The notes under the pieces: generated by a model | Database searches by the model: none | Told to the model about the DNA's origin: nothing | The model's input: only the letters and a program-made list of their open reading frames with translations | Position numbers and translations under genes: made by a program | DNA from: Candidatus Saccharimonadota bacterium | Lineage (GTDB): Bacteria; Patescibacteriota; Gracilibacteria; BD1-5; UBA6164 | Length of the DNA stretch: 32,000 nucleotides | NCBI GenBank assembly: GCA_965227835.1 | Contig: OZ245768.1 | Span: 990,001-1,022,000, forward strand | Reading direction: 5' to 3' | In this document: one piece after another, positions 19,416 through 28,151 of the stretch | How the letters are laid out: each line of letters starts with the position of its first letter | How positions within the stretch are numbered: position 1 is the stretch's first letter

Positions 19416-22400
19416 CTATTTGTTAGGAAGTAAAAATTTCACCTCCTTTTCAATTGGTTTTAACTCTCAATTATTGTTTGTCTTCAACAAATCTATAGTA
19501 ACTTCATGCTTAAACCCAGCATCTCTCACTTGTGTATCACTACTATGAAAATCTCTCAAAGTTATTCATTCTTTTCAATCTGGAGATGTATACCTATAAA
19601 CACTTCATTTATTTGATGGCTTTTTTTCTCACTTCCACCCCTTAGTTTCTAAACTTTTCATTACACCTTCAACTCCTTCCTTATCTCACAATACCTTCAC
19701 TGCTCATCATTCTAATCATTTAACCTTATCTAATCAATCGACCTTTTCTAAATCCTGAGCCACTTTTAATATATCATCAACTCAAGTTATATCCTTAAAT
19801 TTACTTGCTATAAATCAAGACCTTCATGTAGACCTTACCCTCTTCACAACCCTCTCACTACTCTTAGCTCATTTCAGTTTTCCGGGTCATACAAACATCA
19901 AACTAGAACTCACTCATACATATCATTCTATCCATTGTATATTATAGGATGTAAGATATTCTTTATAACCCTCATACTCATTATATACTTCCTCTATTTG
20001 ATTATATAATTCTCATAATCATTCTTTCGCTTTCTCCCAATCTTCTTCTGCTGTTCTTTCTCAAGTTATATATCCATATAGTATTTTTCAGCTTCATTTT
20101 AACAAATTTATTATATCTTTTGGGGTATCTTGTAATTCTTCTATCGTGTCTTTTATTGCTTCTTTACTTCAATCTATATATCATTGATTATCTGTTTTTA
20201 TTTCTCTTATCTTCTTTTTTATATTATAGAATTTTTCTTTTGTTTCTTCTACATATTCTTGTACTCAGCTTATTTCTAGGTTTTCTTCTTTGTTTTTAGT
20301 ATTTGTAGTTCTTATTCTATTATCTGCAAATGAGAGGTATGTATTGGTGTTATAGTATGTTGTAGTATTGTTTGTGTCTATGAAGTATGGTTGAAATTCG
20401 TTGTAACAGTTTATACATATTTCTTTGTCTAATCAGAGTATATATATTCAGTCTTCTTCTTTTTCTAGTTTTTCTCTTACATGATTTCAATTTTCTCATT
20501 TGTATTGTATTCATATTTCTTTTAGGGTTTCTGGGTTTCAAGTTATTTCAAAGTATAGGCTTGATAGTCAATCAATACTTGTATTTGATGAATATTGGAG
20601 GTTAGTGAATTTTGAGGTTTGAGGTTCTTCTCAGTTACTTTCATTTCACTCTTTTTCATTATCTTCTATTTCTTCTTCATTATTCTCATCTCATTTCTCC
20701 TCCTCTCCTTCTCACTTATCTTCTCATCATAACACTCTCAATAACACACTTTCCTTATTTCATTCCCTATCTTCCATTCATATTATAACTTCTCATACTT
20801 CTATAGCCTTTATCTCAATATAGTTTGTTTCAAAATAATTTACTGGATTGCTACTATACTTTTTATATAATAATGCCTTATTATTAGTCTTGGTTAATTG
20901 TATGTGTCAGTTACTTTCATATATTGGAAGTAGATATTTTTCTCAGATTTCTAGTTCTAATTCTTTATCTCTTTGAGAGATTACTAGATTTGTGTCTTTT
21001 ATTTCAACTTCTATTTTTGCTTCTTGTCCGTATTTATCAAATATCTTTGCTTTGGTTTCTCATTTCTTTTTTCCTTTGATTTTTATTTCTCAGTCTTTGT
21101 CTACATCAAAATATATTATTTCTTCGTTGTATTCTCAATTTTTGTATCATCATCATCAGTCTAGTATTTTTCATTGGTATTTCTCATTTTCTTTTAATAC
21201 TACTTTGTTTTCTTTTAATTTTATTTTGGGGGTTTTGTCTTTTATCTTTACTTTGACTATGCTTATTATATCTCAACTTTGATATATATATAGTTCTGTT
21301 TCTCATTTGGTTTTTCATATTATAGAGAATTTTTCATAATTAGTTCTTTTCCCGTTTTCCCATATTCTTTGTTTACTTATTTGTATTATTTCCGGATTTG
21401 TTGTTGAGAATGTATAGTCTTTATTTATTTCTTGTTTGAATGATTCGCATGTTATTCATATTGGTACTTCGCATTCATATGTTCTTGGGGGTTTAGGTTT
21501 TATTGTTATTTCTAGTATGTGGCTTATGTAGTCTCAATCATAGGATTTTACATATATATTTGAAGTTCAGCTTAGTTTTCATTCTAGTTTTATTTTATTT
21601 TTTGTTCAGTTTATTTCTATTATGTTGGGTCTTGAATTGTTATAATAGTATCATCTGTTTTCTATTTTAAATAAGCAACTTTTTCATACTTCTGTTTCAC
21701 ATTTGTGTATTCTTGGGTTTGGAACTGGTTTTACTTTTACATTCCATATTTTCCTTAGTCATTTTCAACTTTTGTATATCTTTATTTTTGTTGTTCAGGC
21801 TTTTTTTCAGCATATTCAGTTTATTTTTTCCGTTTCTCAAGCTACTCTTTTTTTTATTCACCATTCAACACTAGCTATACCACTATTATCTGGCTTAAAG
21901 TTATAATCATCTCTATACCATGTTTTTATACAATCTGTTTCATTTAGGGTAAAATTTTCCTCACTTGCTTTGGATATTATTTTTATTTCATATCTTGGCC
22001 ATTTCCTTCAATCTTTTTCATTTATGTATATTGTTGATTCTCAAATTTTATCAGGATCTATATACACTGTATCCTTTCATACTCTAAGTCTGTAATCAAA
22101 TAATCATAAATTATCTGATTTTATGTCATAGTTGTCTACATTTTCTGGTAATATTAATTTTTGGGTGGCTCATACCTCCATTTCTATTTTGTATTTTTTA
22201 AATGGGGGTTTAGGTATTATTGTTATTTTATAGGTCTTTTTATTTCTTCATAAGGAATCTTTTACATAAATTTCTGTTTCTCATCATACTTGTCATCTTA
22301 TGTATGTTTTTTTATCATGAGGTCTTCTTTTTATACTAGTAAAATGGTTATTACTGGTTATTTTGTGTCAAGGTGAAATATATTCTAGTATTTCATCTCA

Positions 22401-25400
22401 TTGATAAATTGTTCTTGTTTCTATTTCTGGAGGATCTGTTATTATATTTATATCTAATATGTGCCTGACTACTCAATCACCACCTGATAAGTAATATTTT
22501 ATCTTTCAAAATAGGTTTCATCTAAATTTCATTACTTTAAAATAATGATTGTATTCAAGTTTAGACATTGATTTTACACTATGTTCTCACTCAACTGAAT
22601 AGCTGTAATATGTGTTACCTATTCAATATATATTTATATATGTTCATTCTTTTATGTTTAGAGTATGGATTTTTGGTTCTGGTAAGGGTATTATTTTTAC
22701 TTTATGATTAGCAACATGATATCACCTAGTTTTCACATATAATTCTAATTCTCAATCCTTTTTTCATGTAATACAATAACCTTTTTCATATATTTCTAAT
22801 TCAGCTAATTCTTCATTATTCGTGGAATATTCAGTTTCTATTCATACTTCTATACATTTCCTCTTTGAATTATATACCTCAAATACTTTTTCTTCTATTT
22901 TTGGATGCACCATTATATCTATAGTATATAGATGTATATTTTGATCATATACTCTATATCTTACTTTTCAGGGGGTTTTTCATAAAAGTTTTATATCCCA
23001 ATTTTTTTGATGTGTTTCTATTTCTCAACCATCTAGCCTGTCATAATAAAATTTAAGATCCCTTCAATTAGTTTTAACTACTAAATCAGAGTATTCTCAT
23101 TGTTTAATATTTAAATCATATTGTATTACCTCAGGGGCTGGTTTTATTATTAGTTTAATTATATATTTATTTGATACTCTTATATATGCTGTTCATATTT
23201 CTTTTGCTCTTATTGTGAAATCGCGATATCCCTTAGATAAATCTACCAAACTATTACTCGATATAGAGTAATTTTCGCTGTAAGCTTTTTTTAGGTATCT
23301 TTTGTATGCTTGTCATTTATAAATTTCTATTTCAAATGTAGGTGGAGGAGTTATGGTAAGCTTTAATATATATTGTAAATATCAATTTTTATCTGATACT
23401 TTAATATTTACAGTTCAAACTTTTTTTGCACTTAAAATATATTGATCCTCTCTAGTTCAAATACTTATTATATCATTATTAGATACTTCATATTTATGGT
23501 TTCGAGCATTTTTTAGATTTACTATTGAATTCTTTCATTCTTGTAATGAAATATTTTTAATTTCTACAGGTTTTATGTTTAACTTTAGAGTATATATATG
23601 TATATTTTGTCTATTTTTAATTTTTACATACAAAGTTCCAACTTTTTTTGTAAGTAAATGATAATAGTCACCTCCTTTAGAAAAACTAGCTAAGCTCCTA
23701 TCCGATAATTCATATCTATATATCCAAGTAGCCGGTAATTTCTCAGAGTGTTTTTTTCAAACATTGATGCTTCTATCAAAAACAGGAATTCATTTTATAC
23801 TAAGACTGACTTTATGATCTGTATGGCTACGACGAGGATCTGTTATTTTTATAGTAACATTTCAAGCTTTTCTAGCATATATACGAAATGACCTTCTTAT
23901 TTTTTTTATTTCTACTAAACTAGGATTTGATACTTGAATTCTTTTGTATGAATGAACAAAATAATAATTTCAAACTGTTATACTTTTATATTTAGTAGGA
24001 AGGTATCTATTTATACTAATTCAATCTGTTTGCTCTTCTTGAAATGTTTCAGGTTCTATAATTAATTCCTCTCATAAATCATCGTTTTCTTCTAACATAT
24101 CTCCATTTTCTTCTTTTATTTTTTCATTTTCTTCAAACTCTTTTATGTATAATTCTTTTTCTTGATTTTTATCTTCTAGATTATCTTCTCAAAGACTGTT
24201 TATTTCTATATTTCATGTTTCATCATTTAAAAAACTATTTTTCTCTATTTCTTCTAACTCTTCTTGACTTATAATTCATGGTTTTATTTCTTCTACTTCA
24301 TTTCGTTTCATTAATTCTTCTAGCTCTTCTTCACTTAATTCTAACTCATAGTTACTCTTAGAACCATCAGAAAAATTATTTATTTCAAGTCAGCCATCCT
24401 CGTAATTTTCTATAATTTCTATTTCTTCTTTTTTTATCTCTCATATTTCTGAATTGTTATTTTTAAGATAATCTAGCATTTCTTTTTCTTCTTCACTGCT
24501 CAATTTTTCTTCGTCTTGATTATCTTTTTCATTTATTTTTTCAAATTTGAGGAACTCTATACTACTTTTTTCATCATTTCAAATATTTTCATCTAAATTA
24601 TTTATTTTTATTCAATTTTCCTCTTCTATAATCAACTCCTTATCATAAAAGTCATTTATTCTCTCTAGTTTTACTTCTTTGTTTTCTAGCTTTTCTCATA
24701 ATTCTAAACCTCATGAAAAACCATTTATAATCTCATTTGGATTATAATTTTTTACTTCTAACTCTTGGAAGTTTTCTTCTGTGTATAAACCATTATTTTC
24801 TCAAGTATTATTTATCTCTAGTCATTTTTCTGCTCAATCTATATACAATTCTTTTGTATGTTTCAATTCATCTATTTTTTCTTCTATTTCAATTTCCACA
24901 TTTTTAAATCATTCTAAACCTAGTTCTTCTTCATTTATTTCTAGTTTTTCTTCCTTTTTTCATAGCTCATATTCTTCTAAAAACAAATCTTTAAGATCTT
25001 GTTTTTGATTATTATTTATTTCTACTCATTTCTCTGCTCAATCTATATACAATTCTTGCATTTTATTTTCAAGCTCAGGAGAATTTTCTAAAAAAGTTTT
25101 TTCTTCTATTTCTTCATTCTCATAAAAATCTTGAGATATATCTTTATAGTTAAAATCCTTTCACACAGGTATTCAGTGCGTTATTTTTTCACTATTTAAT
25201 TCAGTATTTCAAATATCATTTATTTCTATATTTTTTATTTCTACATTTTCATCAAAATACCTGTCTCAAAAAATACCATCAAATTTCTTTGATTCTTCTT
25301 TTATTAGTTCTAATTTTTCTAATTCTCCATATGTAAATATAGATTTATTTTCTTTGTAATTTTGATTTATTTCTAAATTTTCCTTAGAGTTTAAAAAATT

Positions 25401-27518
25401 TAGTAAAATTGGATTTAGTTTTGTATTTTCAGATTCTTGTGTAGCTTCATTTTCTTCTATTTTTTGTTCTGTATCTTCTTTTTTTTCTTCAAGAAATTTA
25501 CTACTTTCTATTAACTCTATTTTTTCAACTATTAAAGCATCATCTTTATTTTCCTGTAAATTATCTCCTTTTCCTTCCTCTATCTTCCCTTCTTCCACTT
25601 TTTCTTCAGTCTCTTGTTCTTGCTTAATTTCATCACTAATTTCTTCCTTATCTTCTTCTTTTTTAATTTCATTTTCTTTACCTTTATTCTCCTCTAATTC
25701 ACTTTTCTTTTCTTCTATTCCATTTTCAACTGTTTCTTCACTTTCAACTTTCAACTTTTCCCTTTCAACTAAGCTTAATTCTAGTGAAGATATTATTTGA
25801 TTTAAGCTGGCAAATTTGGAAATTGGTTTATTTGACTCTGTTATAATACTTGTAGAATTTTCTTGCAATATTTGCCTAGCTTGTTTTGTTGTAAGATTTG
25901 GTTTGTAGCTTTTTATTATTGATATTAATCATACTATATGAGGAGTAGCCATGCTTGTTCAGCTTAATCTCCTATAGTTTCATTTATTTGTTGGGAATGT
26001 TGAATATATTGATACTCATGGAGCATTTATATCTACTTTGTCTCAATAATTTGAGAAACTTGCTCTGGTATTACTTTCATCTATTGCTGCTACTGATATT
26101 GTTTCCTCGCATCATCATGGAATATAGTTTCTTGTATCAGTATTTCAGTTTCAACTAGCTGATACAATTATTTTTCAGTTTCTAGTTGCTGATTTTATTC
26201 AATCACATATTGGATTACTGTTAGGATTTCATCTTCATCAAAGACTCATATTTACTATATCTATATCATTTTCTTTTATATATTCTAGTGCCTTTATTAC
26301 TGCATAATTTGGACAAAATCAATTCTTATCACATATTTTTAGTGGAATTATTTTACTGTAGGGATTTATTCAAAGTATTCATTTTCAATCTAATTTTGAT
26401 GATATTGTTCAAGCTATATGAGTTCAGTGTCATTGGTCATCCTGAGTGTCTTTTTCTGGATTTATAAAATTTTGTCATTTTAGAACCTGTCATTTTAGAT
26501 CTGGGTGATTTGAATCTATTCAAGTATCTATTATGGCTATTTTTATTTTTTTATTATTTTGTTTTTGATAAATTTCTGTTTGTTTTTCTAGTTTTAAAAG
26601 GTAGTTTATAGGATTATATTTTCTTATACCCCATGTTTTTTCCAAATTTTCCAAACCTAGTTTATTTTGAATTTCTTTATTTCTTTTTAAAAATTCTTCA
26701 TCTTTTTCTAACACTCTTCATATATCCTTCTCTCCTTTAAGGAGAGGGGCTAGGGGTGAGGTCTCCTCAGATTGAGTCGGGAGTGATGATTGTTCAGACT
26801 TGGACGAACTTTGGTTTATAGAATATATTTCTGGTTTTACTATTTTTATATTTAAAAAATTTTCTGGAATTTTTCATATTTCTATTTGTCATAATATCTC
26901 TTCTACAAATATTCAACTTTCTGGTAGTGTTATCTCATAATATTTTTGTTTTCAATTATTATAAAGGTAATTTATCTTGGTTTTTTCTTCGAATTTTTCA
27001 AAAATATTTTTTACATGATTTTTATTTTTGTTTGTTTCTACTATAAGTGTATAGTTTTTTTCTTGCTTTAGCGAATTTTTCAGTGTATCATAAGCTTGTT
27101 TTTTCTTTCTTAGACTTGGTGCTATATCCTCATCTATTCAGCTTGATAATTTAGTATCTTTACTAAGACTTGATACAGCTTTTAAAACAACTTTCTTTCT
27201 TGTATCTTGGGCTATTTTATTGATGTTTTTTGTACTTTTTTCTTTCTGTATTTGTTCTTGAGCTTCCTCTAAAGTCTCTTTTATTTCTTCTTTTTTTTCT
27301 TCTAGTTTTTCTTGCAACTCTTCATCTTTTATTACATCTTCCATTTTATCAGTTGCTTTTTCTAAGACTTTTTCTACTTTTTCTAGAAATTTTTCTGTTT
27401 TTTGCCTAGTTTGCTCTATTTGAGCTTTTTCTGATTGAACAGATGCATAAATTATTTGTATGTTGGTATTTCATAAAAGAAATACCAATAAAAGAAGTTT
27501 GCATATTGTTTTTTGCAT
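19416..27518 (-). CDS. Giant secreted polymorphic-toxin protein (2700 aa): signal peptide, S8 subtilisin-like protease, acidic repeats, about 13 Ig-like repeats, PT-TG-like linker, HicA-like C-terminal domain
   Basis: ATG at 27518 gives MQKTICKLLLLVFLLGNTNIQIIYASVQ. With TGA=Gly one frame runs to TAG 19416-19418 (8103 nt, a multiple of 3). Track ORFs 27138..27344, 26520..26714 and 25266..25868 all lie in this frame. I checked the frame at six internal anchor points. I saw no in-frame TAA or TAG during manual translation. Confidence 0.8.
19419..19668 (-). other. C-terminal toxin domain with a HicA/YcfA-like pattern
   Basis: Reads GVMKSLETKGWKGEKKPSNKGSVYRYTSPDGKEGITLRDFHSSDTQVRDAGFKHEVTIDLLKTNNNGELKPIEKEVKFLLPNK*. 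Compare the HicA pattern L..L...GW......GSH..Y.HP.G...T.P.H......GT...I...AGL. The canonical GSH His is Val here. The 19600-19900 stretch looks more G+C-rich than its surroundings. Confidence 0.35.
20830..24010 (-). repeat. About 13 tandem Ig-like (Big_2-type) repeats of about 85-95 aa within the giant CDS
   Basis: A recurring pattern of the type ...G.(T/V).(I/L)Y(V/I)K......Y.(I/L).(I/V).(I/V).P.P.... Examples are KGETELYIYQSGDIISIVKVKIKDKTP, VGTLYVKIKNRQNIHIYTLKLNIKP and GTSNIYVKSYDGDYISHILEITIKPKPP. Confidence 0.55.
24010..25800 (-). repeat. Acidic E/K-rich low-complexity region with reiterated ...G..(E/K)IN(N/S)... modules
   Basis: Examples are ELYIDGAEKGVEINNNQ, ELYIDGAEKGLEINNTGENNG, ENGIKINNLDENIGN, EDGGLEINNFSDGS, ETGNIEINSLGEDN and DIGNTELNSEK, embedded in Glu/Lys-rich spacers. 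Confidence 0.5.
25808..26591 (-). other. Peptidase S8 (subtilisin-like) domain of the giant CDS
   Basis: Catalytic triad motifs are KIAIIDTGIDSNHPDL (Asp codon 26526-26528), DDQGHGTHIAGTI (His codon 26427-26429) and LSGTSMATPHIVG (Ser codon 25953-25955). There is also VSASGNGN. Several of the motif Gly residues are TGA. Confidence 0.85.
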
Positions 27519-27525
27519 AAAAATA

Positions 27526-27557
27526 AAGGTTAGTTATAAAATTTACAAGCTAACCTT
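27526..27557. promoter_or_regulatory. Hairpin immediately upstream of the giant gene's start codon
   Basis: aaggttag-(16 nt)-ctaacctt lies 8 nt beyond ATG 27518, in the presumed 5' leader. Function unknown. Confidence 0.3.
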
Positions 27558-27741
27558 ATATTTACAATATTAACAGGACATTAATTTTTAGAATTTTTTA
27601 ATTGACGAACGCTAATTAATCATTTTTACATTACATTAAAGTACTAATAGATAATATCCTAACTATATTTTTTATAACTTTTAAATATATTTTTCAAGGT
27701 AACTCTGCAGAAAAAGTAATCTTTTTACTATTTTTCAACAG

Positions 27742-28030
27742 AAGGCTTTAGCCTTTTGCATTTTGTTCTTAAGGTTTCGAGCAAGACTAACCTTTAATCT
27801 TTTATTCTTTATTTTCCTTCAACAGAAGGCTTTAGCCTTTTGTCATTTATTTTTCGTGAACAGAAAACTTTAGCCTTTTGCATTTTATTTCTTATAGGCA
27901 GAGAACTTTAGCTCTTTGTACTTAAGGCTTCGAGCAAGACTAACCTTTAACCTTTTATTCTTTATTTCCCTTCAAAAGAAGGCTTTAGCCTTTTGCCCCT
28001 TATTTTTCATCAACAGAGAGCTTTAACCTT
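27742..28030. repeat. Intergenic array of six short palindromic (REP-like) units within a ~150-bp tandem duplication
   Basis: The core is caacagaaggctttagccttttg (stem aaggct/agcctt), found at ~27742, 27826 and 27979, with degenerate copies at ~27864, 27903 and 28017. A longer block, ttaagg(t/c)ttcgagcaagactaacctttaa(t/c)cttttattctttatt, occurs twice (~27770 and ~27922). Confidence 0.5.
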
Positions 28031-28151
28031 TTGCCTTTGTGAAAAATTCCTCTTTTTTAAAAAAGCTCCTCAGTTTAAAACAAAGATACTTTTTATTTAG
28101 TTTGTTATATAAAATAACTTGTAAATTAGTTTAATACAAAATCAAGTATTT

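Noticed and set aside
13970-19580. A CRISPR array or satellite DNA as an explanation for the ~630-725 bp periodic repeats.
   Set aside because: The units are far too long and each contains a complete ATG-to-stop coding frame with conserved protein blocks. There is no short repeat/spacer alternation.
20350-20605. Overlapping ORFs 20350..20541(-) and 20387..20605(+).
   Set aside because: Both are out of frame with, or antisense to, the continuous giant CDS. The minus-strand one is in a different frame from the 27518-anchored ORF and gives a basic low-complexity peptide.
26730-26820. A G+C-rich patch with a perfect palindrome (tctcctt-t-aaggaga) inside the AT-rich giant gene.
   Set aside because: It is in frame and encodes a Ser/Pro-rich linker (...SSLPTQSEETSPLAPLLKGEKDIG...) just before the S8 domain. 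I have no evidence for a separate element, though it could be a propeptide or processing region.
27742-28030. A CRISPR array as an explanation for the short palindromic repeats.
   Set aside because: There are only six imperfect ~23-nt units with irregular 30-85 nt spacing, nested in a tandem duplication. No cas genes are nearby. This is more consistent with REP-like elements.
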